From assembly GCF_009914755.1 (NCBI RefSeq), contig NC_060935.1: a stretch of DNA of 64,000 nucleotides. One strand, written 5' to 3'. Below, piece by piece: positions 50,254-64,000 of this stretch. A program made the position numbers and the translations under genes. The number at the start of each line of letters is the position of its first letter. The stretch's first letter is position 1. The notes below the pieces were generated by a model. That model saw nothing but the letters and a program-made list of their open reading frames with translations. It searched no databases and had not been told where the DNA came from. This DNA is from the human T2T-CHM13v2.0 reference genome, Homo sapiens.

Positions 50254-51400
50254 AAAGGATATACAAAATAACCAGAAAACAATGAAAAAAATGACAGGAA
50301 TAAGTCCTTACCTATCAATAATAACTTCGAATATGTGTTAAATTACCTACCTAAAAGATAGAGACAGGTTTAATGGATAAAAAATGACCCAACAACGTCT
50401 ACAAGAAACTCACTTCACTTGTAAAGACACACACAGACTGAAAGTGAAGAGATTGAAAAAGACATGCCACACAAACAGAAATAAAAAGTAATCAGGAGTA
50501 GCTAAACTCACATCAGCTAAAACAGACTTTAAGTCAAAAACTGTAAAAAGGACAAAGAAGGTCATTATATGGTAATAAAGGGATAAATTAAGCAACAAAA
50601 TATAACAATTCTAAATGTGCATGCACCAACACAAGTGCATCCAGACACACATAGCAAATATTATTAAATCTACAGGGAGAGATAGAGTCCAATACAATGA
50701 TAGTTGAGAATTTCAATATCCTACTGTCAGCATTGGACAGTTCATCTAGACATAAAATCAACACAGAAACATTAGATTTAAGCTGCACTTTAGACCAAAT
50801 GGACCTAACAGATATTTTCAGAATATTTCATCCAGCAGCAGCAGAATACACAATCATCTCATCAACACATGGAACATTCTCCAGGATAGACCATATGTTA
50901 GGACACAAAACAAGGCTCAACAAAATTTTAAACATTAAAATCATATCAAGTATCTTCTCAGACCACAATGGAATAAAACTTGAAATCAATAACAAGAAGA
51001 AATTTGGAAACTGTAAAAATACATGAACATTAAATGTGCTATTGAATGAATAGGGCAATGAAGAAATTAAGATGGAAATCAAAAAATTTTTTTAAACAGA
51101 AAATGGAAACACATCATGCAAAACCTATGGGATACAGCAAAAGCAGTACTAGGAGGAAAGTTTATAGCAATAAATGCCTACACCAAAAAAGTAGAAAGAT
51201 CTCAAATAAACAACCTAATGATGCACCTCAAGGAACTCAAAAAGCAAGAACAAACCAAACACACAATTAGTAGAAAGAAAAAAAAAATAACAGCAGAACC
51301 AAATGCAACAGAGACAAAAAAGAAATGCAAAGAATCAACAAGATAAAAGTTTTTTTTTTGAAAAGTTAAACAAAATTGATAAACCACTAGTGAGGCTAAC

Positions 51401-51401
<1 letters not shown>

Positions 51402-51447
<46 letters not shown>
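51402..51447. repeat. Long poly-A run inside L1 ORF2
   Basis: About 45 consecutive A. Confidence 0.95.
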
Positions 51448-51449
<2 letters not shown>

Positions 51450-52463
51450 AGACCCAAATAAATACAATCAGAAATGAAAAAGGAGACATTACAACTGTTA
51501 CCAAAGAAATAAAAAGGATGATTAGAGGCTATTATGAACAACCATATCCTAACAAATTGGAAAACTTAGAGGAAAGGGATAAATTCCCAGACATACACAG
51601 CCTACCAAGATTGAACTAGGAAGAAACAGAAAACCTGAACTGACTCAAAATGAATAGCAGGTTTGAATCAGTAACAAAAAGTCTCCCCAAAGAGGAAAGC
51701 CCTAGACTAGGCTTTTATGCTGATTTCTACCCAGTTTATAAAGAAAAACAAACATCAATTCTTCTCAAACTATTCCCAAAAATTGAAGAGGAGGGAATTC
51801 TTCCTAACTCATTGTGTAAGGCCAGCATTACCCTGATATCCAATCAAGACAAGGACACAACAGAAAGAGAAAACTACAGGCCAATATTCCTAATGAACAC
51901 AGATGGAAAAATTCTCAGCATAATACTACCAAGCCAAATCTAATGATGAATGTAAAAGATAATATACCATGATCAAGTGGGATTTATCCCAGGAATGCAA
52001 AGATGGCTCAACATACACAAAATCAATGCATGTGATACATCACATCAACAAGATGAAAGGCAAAAACTATCTGATCATCTCAGCAGATGCAGAAAAATCA
52101 CTCGGTAAAACTTACCATTCCTTCATGATGAAAACTCTCAACAAATTAGGCATAGAAGGAACACTTCATCATAAGAAAAGGCATATATGACTAATCTACA
52201 GCTAACATCCTACTCACTGGGAAAAATTGAAAAGCTTTTCCTCTAAGAACTGGAACAAGACAAGGATGCCTACTTTCACCACTCTTATTCAACACAGTAT
52301 GGGACATCCAAGCCAGAGTGATCAGACAAGATAAAGAAATAAAAGGCATCAAAACTAGACAAGAGGAAGTCAAATTGTCTCACTTTGCAGATGACATAAT
52401 CTTATACTTGTAAACAGAAAAACCTAAAGACTCCACCAAAAAACTCTTAAAATGGATAAATTA

Positions 52464-52770
<307 letters not shown>

Positions 52771-53260
52771 AAAACAGATGTATAAGTCAGTAAAGCTTCA
52801 GGACACAAAATCAACATACAAAAATCAGTAATGTTTCTATATACCAGTAACAAACTAGCTAAAAAAGAAACCAAGGAAGAAATTCTATTTACAATAGCTA
52901 CAAAAATAAAATGCCTAGGAATAAACTTAACCAAGGATGGGGAAAAAAAAAAAAAAACCTCTGCAATGAAAACCACAAAACACTGATAAAATAAATTGAG
53001 AAGACACAAACAAATGGAAAAGCATCTCATGCTCATGGGTTGGAATTAGTAATACTGTTAAAATGACCATACTACCCGAAGCAATCTAGAGATTCAATAT
53101 AATCCCTATCAATTATATTCTTCACAGAAACAGGAAAAAAAACAAAACCCTGAAATTCATATGGAACCACAGAAGACCCCAAATAGCCAAAGCAAAACTG
53201 AGCAAAAAGAACAAAGCTAGAAGCCTCACACTACCTGATTTAAAAGTATACTGCAAAGCA

Positions 53261-53540
53261 GCTGGGCGTGGTGGCTCACACCTGTAATCCCAGCACTTGG
53301 GGAGGCCAACGCGGGTGGATCATGAGGTCAGGAGATCGAGACCATCCTGGCTAACACGGTGAAACCCCGTCTCTACTAAAAAAAAAAAAAAAAACAAAAA
53401 AAATTAGCTGAGGCTGAGGCAGGAGAATGGCGTGAACCCGGGAGGCAGAGCTTGCAATGAGCCGAGATTGTATCACTGCACTCCAGCCTGAGTGACAAGG
53501 CAAGACTCTGTCTCAAACAAACAAACAAACAAACAAAATA
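53261..53540 (+). mobile_element. AluY-like with internal deletion
   Basis: ggagaatggcgtgaacccggg; attagctg joined to aggctgaggc; TSD atactgcaaagc. Confidence 0.9.
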
Positions 53541-55099
53541 TATATATACACATACTGCAAAGCTATAGTAACCAAAACAGCATATATTTGTATTAAAACA
53601 GACACAAAAACAAAGGAAACAGACTAAAGAACCCAGAAATGAATCCACATATTTACAGCTGATTTTCAAGAAAGGTGTCAAGAACATACCTTGAATAAAA
53701 GACACCCTCTTCATTAAATGGTGCCAGGAAAACTAGATATCCAGATATCCAAACACAGAAGAATAAAACTAGACCCTTATCTCTCATCACTTACAAAAAT
53801 AAACTCGAAATCGATTAAAGACTTAAATGTAACAGCCACAACTATAAAACTACTAGAAGTAAACACAGGAGAAATGCTTGAGAACAAAGATTGTATGGCT
53901 AACACTTAAAAAGTACAAGCAACAAAAACAGCCAAATGGGATTATATTAAATTAAATACCTTCTGCATGTCACAGAAAACAATCAACAGAGTGAAAAGAC
54001 AACACCCCTCCCTTACACCATACAGAAAAATTAACTCAAGATGGCCTACAGACTTAAATGTAAAACCCATAACTATAAAAACCCTGGAAGACAACCTAGA
54101 CAATGACCTCCGGTACATAGCGATGGGCTAAGAGTTCATGGTGAAGATGCCAAACGCAATTGCCACAAAAGCAAAAATTGACAAATGGGATCTAATTAAA
54201 TGAAAGAGCTTCTGCACAGCAAAAGAAACTATCAAAAAATAAACAGACATTTCTCAAAAGAGGATATACAAATCATCAAGTTTATGAAAAAATATTCAAC
54301 ATCACTAATCATCACGGAAATGCAAATCAAAACCACAATGAGATATCATCACACTTGTTAGAATGGCTATTATTAAAAAGACAAAGCACAACAAATGCTG
54401 GCAAGAATGTGAAGAGAAGAAAATTATCGTATATTGTTGGTGGGAATGTAAATTAGTACAGCCATTATGAAAAAAAGTACAGAGATTTCTCAAAAAACTA
54501 AGAACAGATCTACCATATGATCCAGCAATCCCACTCCTGGGTATATATCCAAAAAAAAGGATATCAGTGTATCAACGGGATATCTGTACCCCCATATTTA
54601 CTGCAGCACTATTTACAATAGCCAAGATACGGAATCAATCTAAGTGTCAATCAATGGATGAATGGATAAAGAAAATGGGAATATACGCACAAGAGAATAG
54701 TACTCAGCCATAAAGAAGAATGAAATCCTGTCATTTTCAGCTAACTGGATGGAACTAAAGGTCATAATGTCAGGTGAACTAGGCCATGCACAGAAAGAAA
54801 ACTATTGCATGTTCTCACTTATATGAGCAGTTTATGCTCCTGGAAATCAAAGCGGGGCCATGTTTCAGGTCAGTAGAGTCAGGGATAGAGACCGCAGTTA
54901 TGGACTTGTGTGCCCTGGAGCTATAGAAAATTGATATCATGGAGATAAAGAGTAGAATGATAGTTACCAGAGGCTGGGAATAGGAGGGGTTTGAAAAGAA
55001 GTTGATTAATGGGTATAAAAATATATAATAGAAGGAATAAGATCTAGTGTTCATTATCACAGAAAGTGACTACAACAATTTGTTGTATATATATATATA

Positions 55100-55444
55100 T
55101 TTAATTTCAATAGTTTTTAGGGAACAGGTGGTATTTTGTTACATGGATAAGTTCCTTAGTGGTGATCTCTGACATTTTGGCGTACCCATCATCAAAGCAG
55201 TTTACCCAATGTATAGTCTTTTATCTCTCACCCCCTCCCACCTTCCCCCTGAGCCCCCAAAGTCCACTGTTTCATTCTTGTGCCTTTGCATCATCATAGC
55301 TTAGCTCCCACTTACGAGTGAGAACATGCAATGTTTGGTTTTCCATTCCTGAGTTACTTCATTTAGAATAATGGTCTCCAACTCCATCCAGGTTGCTATG
55401 AATGCCATTATTTTATTCCTTTTTAACACTAAGTAGTATTCTAT

Positions 55445-55447
<3 letters not shown>
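55100..55447 (-). mobile_element. L1PB-like 3' end
   Basis: tttcaatagtttttagggaacaggtgg...ttccattcctgagttacttca. Confidence 0.82.
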
Positions 55448-55488
<41 letters not shown>

Positions 55489-55506
55489 CACCATATATAT
55501 ATATAT
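55448..55506. repeat. (TA)n microsatellite
   Basis: Visible TA run with CA interruptions. Confidence 0.95.
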
Positions 55507-55934
55507 GGTAGAAATGTGTTTTTTATATAAAAAAACATTTTTTTAAGAAACATGCAGGAATACACTGTACCTCTTCCTTGCTGTCTCTGGATATTGTCAC
55601 ATGAGGACTTGACATGCAGATTGTGGCAGCCTCTGTGACCAAGAGCAGAAGACAATAGCAGCATAGAAACCTCAAATGAAAAACCTAGCATCTCAAGCTA
55701 CTAATTTAGCCAACCTTGGCATCAGCTATCTCTGGTCCTAGTACATGAGGTGATAAGCCCCCACTGTTCAAGTTGGGTGGCCATCAATTGCTGCAGAATA
55801 GAAGTTAATGAGGCTTCCTCCTCCTGGATCCCCTACTAGACCCTGACATACCCATTCAGTCACAGGCAGAAAGGGAAGCACAGGGTAAGGAGACCTGGCT
55901 GACTGTGCCAGACGCAGATCTTACCTGTCCTGCT

Positions 55935-57842
55935 TAAAACACTCAATTGGTTAAACAAAAAAAGGAAAAAGACAGTAAGGAGTATAACACTCCCCAGAAG
56001 CAACTTAGTCTAACACTCTATACTTTAAATTTTCTAAACATACATAGAAATCAGACCACTACTTCTGCAGAACATTTTACTGGTAAAAAGAACAGCCCAC
56101 ATGAGGGAAAACGGATTTGGTGGAAAGACAACAAAAACAAAACATGGGAAATAGGGAAGGTGATAACATGGGGGAGAGGTTTTGCTTGTGTTTCAGCAGG
56201 AGAAAATCAGCTTCCTGTTTGGATACCCACTAGACATTTGAAGTTCTACAATGAACCCATCAGAGATGCAAATGAAAGTGCCTCCGCAGAGACAGAAAAC
56301 CTGCAATCGAGCATCATCGACTCGCAGGGTGAACAGAATGGTGATATCAGAAGAACAGATGAAGTTACCATCCACCAAGAAAACGGCACACGTGGAGAGC
56401 CAGGGAGAGAAAGAGAAAGAAAAAGAGACAGAGATCAGAGAGAGACACAGAAAGTGAGACTGGGGAGAGAGATAGTGTAAGAGAGAGAGAGAGAGACCGT
56501 AAGAGAAGGGAGACAAAGAGATAAAAGGTGCGAGTGAGCAGGTGAGGAGAAAGACTGAAAACGATGAGAAACAGCAACTAAGACACAAAGGAAGTGGGAG
56601 ACTGCCCGGGTGCCGCAGCACCCACACCGTCCTCTTGCCCCCGTCACTTGGGTTAAAACCACCGGAAACTCCACTATTGCAAATTTTGTATTAATCCTTG
56701 TATGTCTGTCCTTTCTATTGTTAGTCTACAGGTGTATCCAGCAGCTCCAGAGAGACAGCCACCAGCGAGAAGAGGCCATGATGATGGTGGTGGTTTTGTG
56801 AAAACGAAAAGGGGGATATGTAGGGAAAAGAAAGAGAGAGCAGACTGTTACTGTGTCTACATAGAAAGGGAAGACATAAGAGACTCCATTTTGAAAAAGA
56901 CCTGTACTTTCAACAATTGCTTTGCTGAGATGTTGTTAATCTGTAGCTTTGCCCCAGCCACCTTGCCCCAACCACTTTGACCCAACCTGGAGCTCACAAA
57001 AACATGTGTGTATGAAATCAAGGTTTAAGGGATGTAGGGCTGTGCAGGACGTGCCTTGTTAACAAAATATTTGCAAGCAGTATACTTGGTAAAAGTCATC
57101 ACCATTCTCTAGTCTCAATAAACCAGGGGCACAATGCACCGTGGAAAGCCGCAGGGAGCCCTGCCCTTGAAAGCGGCGTATTGTCCAAGGTTTCTCCCCA
57201 TGTGATTGTCTGAAATATGGCCTCGTGGGATGAGAAAGACCTGATGGTCCCCCAGCCTGACACCCATAAACGGTCTGTGCTGAGGTGGATTAGTGAAAGA
57301 GGAAAGCCGCTTGCAGTTGAGATGGAGGAAGGCCACTGTCTCCTGCCTGCCACTGGGAACTGAATGTCTCGGTATAAAACCCGATTGTATATTTGTTCAA
57401 TTCTGAGATGGGAGAAAAACTGCCCTATGGTGGGAGGTGAGACATGTTTGCAGCAATGCTGCCTTGTTATTCTTTACTCCACTGAGATGTTTGGGTGGAG
57501 AGAAACATAAATCTGGCTTACGTGCACATCCAGTCACAGTACCTTCCCTTGAACTTCATTATGACATAGATTCTATTGCTCACATGTTCGTTGCTGACCT
57601 TCTTATTATCACCCTGCCCTCCCACTACATTCCTTTTTGCTGAAATAATGAAGATAATAATCAATAAAAACTGAGGGAACTCAGAGACCGGTGCCAGTGC
57701 AGGTCCTTGGTATGCTGAGCGCCGGTCCCCTGGGCCCACTGTTGTTTCTCTATACTTTGTCTCTGTGTCTTATTTCTTTTCTGTCTCTCATCCCACCTGA
57801 CTAGAAATACCCACAGGTGTGGAGGGGCAGGCCACCCCTTCA
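55935..57842 (+). mobile_element. 5'-deleted HERV-K(HML-2) type 2 provirus: integrase C-terminus, env remnants and 3' LTR5A
   Basis: [27 protein letters not shown] (IN); MNPSEMQ...[11 protein letters not shown] (env/rec leader); PVTWVKT...LVYRCIQQL (TM); PPT aaaaggggga. Confidence 0.94.
56819..57842 (+). mobile_element. LTR5A (3' LTR)
   Basis: tgtagggaaaagaaagagag...ggccaccccttca; TATAAAA at about 57373 and AATAAA at about 57663. Confidence 0.93.
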
Positions 57843-59765
57843 TTATGAGATTACAGGCATGAATAACCCCGCCTGGCCACCTAACTCACTCTTGAGAGGC
57901 CAGAAGTGATGCTGGAACTTTCTTCCTCTGTGGGTTAAAAAGGGAAAATTAGGGAGAACACAAGGCATGAGAGATGCAGCGATGGATATGTCTATATGGA
58001 GCTTCTGTCTGCATCCAGTAGAAAATGCATTTCTAGGCACCAGGTTTAAGAGCGAAAACCTGGAGTCTTGTCTCTTAGAATTCTCCTTCCCCACAAACCA
58101 GAGAGGGAATACATTTGCTCCAGCACACCCGGATGTAGGAAATGTCACATTCCTGTTTCTGTAACTTCAGTTAAATCTGCTCTGAGTCCCTGGATGCCTG
58201 GCAGGTGGAGAATTCAATCTTGTCATTACCAGCATTCCTTTCCCTTCTCCATGGGCTTATGTAAGAATTCTGGGCTTACATGCTGTTGGAAAGCCAGGTA
58301 GCAACTACATCCCCCGAACTCTCCATTCTTCCAGCTGCTCATGATCCATCAGCCTTTTTTGGGCCACCTGCTACAACCAGACCCTCCTCACAGCGTCATT
58401 CCACTCACCCACAGGCTCAGCCCCAGGGACCCTCACTAGAACGGGTCTCCACTATGCATAGGGACTCACAAAGACCTTCTCTTCATCTTGGCTTCCTCTG
58501 ATATCCAACCACTCCCCCACTTCTCACCTTAAACACAGATGGCGGCTCCTTCCCATCATTCCAAAACTTGGGGATTGTCCAGCCAAATTCTCTTCAGACA
58601 CCAAAGCTTCACCCGCCCTCTTCAGGGAGGTGATGCAAGGGCATCTGAGATCTCTGGAAGCCCATTTCTGACCTCTCTTTGGGGTGGGCTGAGAGTGGGA
58701 ACTAGATTCTCTTTTCCAAGTGCCATGTTTATCTTGTTCATCATTGTATTATCTCCAATGCCTGGCACGTAGTAGGCACTACAGACTGACACAGAGTAGG
58801 TGCTATTAGTGTCTGTATAATGGGATTCTTGAGGTTGAAGCTATTAGCAGAAACCTGCCAAGCAAAAGGATGGAAAACCAACCACCAAAAAATAAAATAA
58901 AATAAAAAAATAAGAAAACAATCGTGGCTTTGAGCTCTAAACACACAAGGCACCAGCCCAAGTTTGGGCAATTTTAATACAACAGCCATTTTGCCTCTAA
59001 ACAAACTGGCACTGGAAACCTCCCTCTGCCTCTTAAAGAGAATCAGTTTCTCTTTCTCTAAGTGGGCAGCATTTCTCCCCGGTGGCAGTACCCAGCCCAC
59101 TGCCACCAGCAAAGGACTGCATCCAGGAGCCAAGAGCTTGATAGTTTAAAGAATAGATTTTATAGGGAAAAACAAAGTAACATCCACATAAATCTGGAAC
59201 TACCACCACTTTCCAGAGGCCGAATCCCATTTGTGGAGTCTCTTGCCTCTCAAGCACCTTGCAGTCAGCTCAACTACATACTTTTGGGATTCGTTGCAGA
59301 GAAGAGTGAAGGTTATCTGCAAAATAAAGGAACCAGGGCTCAGAATTCCCAGAGCAATCCATGACAGAGGAGGTGAGTAGAAAAGGGAAGGGTGATGTCA
59401 AAGGAGAGAAGTCAATGAGTTGGCCAACACTAAGCAAGGATCATGGGACCCTCTCCATGGCCCCACATCTCAAAGGAACTCAACAAAACCCATCAATGCT
59501 TGGTGTAAGTGTTGTATGCTCCCGGAAACGAAAGCAGGGGCCACATTTCAGGGCAGTAGGGTCGGGGGTAGAGGCAGCGGTCATGGACTTGTGGGCCCTG
59601 GAGGATGGGATGATTCTGAGACATTGAATCCCTACACTGATCTCAGTAGAAATCTCAGGTAGGGCTTCAACATTCGTGGACCAAGGACTCTGAGGGCCTG
59701 AGAGCAACAGCCTTGGTGCATGTCCCAGCTCCATCTATCCCAACTGGGGCTTCGAACAAGTTACT

Positions 59766-60440
59766 TATTTTTTTAACGTTTTTTTAATTGACAAATCATA
59801 ATTGTACACATTCATGTGATGTTTTGATATGTGTATACAATGTGGGATGATTAGATCAAACTAATTAACATGTCCATCCCCTAATTTACTGACAATTTTT
59901 ATGATGAGACATTTGAAATGTACCCTCTTAGTTATTTTGAAAGATACATTATTATTGACTATAGTCACGCTGCTGTGCTATAGATTTCAAAGCATATAAT
60001 CCAGCCACCCAACTTCTGGATATAGACCAAAAAAAATCGAAATCAATATGTCGAAGGGATCCCTACGTTCCTATGTTCACTGTAGCACTATTCACAATAC
60101 CCATGATACAGAATCTACCTAAGTGTCCATCAGTGGATGAAAGGATAAAGAAAATGTACTACATACACACAACGGAATACTATTAACCCTTAAAAAAGAA
60201 AGAAATCCTGTCATTTTCAACAACATAGATGAACTTGAAAGACATTGTGTTAAGTGAAATAAGCCAGGCACAGAAAGACAAATACTGCATGATTTTACTT
60301 ATACGTGGAATCTAAAGAAGTTGAACTCACAGAAATAGAGAGTAGGACAGTGGTTATCAGGGGCTGGGGTGGAGGAAAGGTAGGGGATAGGAGACACTGG
60401 TCAAAGGGTACAAAGTTTCCAATAGGAAGAATCAGTTTTG
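59766..60440 (-). mobile_element. 5'-inverted L1MA 3' end inserted in a MIR
   Basis: Antisense 3' terminus 59766-59991, sense upstream segment 59993-60440; TSD gaacaag(t/c)ta. Confidence 0.8.
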
Positions 60441-60739
60441 AACAAGCTAAACTCCTCTGAAGGCTCAGTTCCTCATCTGTAGAGCGGGGACACATCATTA
60501 ACCTTCTAAGGATGTTGCTGTGAGAGTAAAAGATGATGTTCAGCACAATACCTAACGCACAGTCAGGTCTCCTTAAGCTTGAACCTGCGTCGCCATGACC
60601 TCTACATCACAGGACAGAAAGGCTCACAGCCAGTGTCTCAGTTCCCAATGAAAAGTGGATCCCAGACCAGGCTGAACAGCAAGATCCCTAGGGGATACCC
60701 CACCCTACTGAGTCAGAATCACCAGAGGTAGAGCCTGGG

Positions 60740-63410
<2,671 letters not shown>

Positions 63411-64000
63411 ATGGGCTCTTTTAATCTACGGAAATTGAACTATGGGTACTTAGCAAGAACAAAGAGGGAGAGAGGCAGAAATGGTGCCATGAGGGCACAT
63501 TGATTGGTCTCTAGTACACAGGGCTCCTACCACAAATGGTCTCTAAATGACTTCATCAGTTGCTCATAAAAAAAATCACCCTCTGCTCCAATCGTGGAGG
63601 AAGAAGTATGGATTGGACCTGGTGAGCCACGGTAAGACTGACTGTTAAACTTTATGAATGATGAGGGGATTTGCATGTATAATCTTGACTGTACTAGATT
63701 TTTTATTTTATCCACTGTCTTTGAAAACCTAACTCTTGACTAAGAACTGACTTTCCTGTACTTGTTTTTGACTCTAAGTAAATTTCCAATTCCAATAGTC
63801 CAAAGATGATGTGTTGAGAAATCTCTCAAAGGAAAAATGCTAAGAATACAGGCAGAGTTATGCGGCAAATTTTGCAGAATTAACACACATTGTACTTGTA
63901 GGTACGAAGCACAAAACATTTTCATGAGTAAAGAAAAAAGTGCTCTTCATTCTAGTAGAGGCTGCAGGATGAAGCCGATCAAGGTGCTTGCCCAGCCAGA

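Noticed and set aside
63655-63752. Possible C/D-box snoRNA (ATGATGA...CTGA)
   Set aside because: No terminal stem or recognisable guide sequence; such motifs occur by chance

Overview
Repeat-dense primate genomic DNA (human/ape-like: AluY/S/J, L1PA, THE1B, HERV-K LTR5A) with no intact protein-coding gene. Gene-derived remnants are one unprocessed exon of a divergent ENPP7-like pseudogene (minus, 11940-12185) and processed SNRPC (+) and RPS3A (-) pseudogenes; this trio recalls the OR7E/FAM86/ALG1L segmental-duplication family. Large elements: a full-length L1PA4-like element (4395-10517, -), a two-LTR HERV-T/S71 (LTR6) provirus (20815-28255, -), MER4A1 and MER11 solo LTRs, an old near-full-length L1M containing a complete THE1B, and a 5'-deleted HML-2 provirus whose env is replaced by foreign GA-rich DNA. 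The strongest unexplained signal is an APOBEC3-like scar on both strands of the HERV-T provirus: G-to-A in the body and one-directional C-to-T in the 5' LTR U3. I also see several templated or chimeric junctions and three old 5'-inverted L1s. I found no evidence of a new functional gene system. Repeat subfamily names come from recalled consensus sequences, alignments were done by eye, and boundaries are approximate unless a TSD is quoted.
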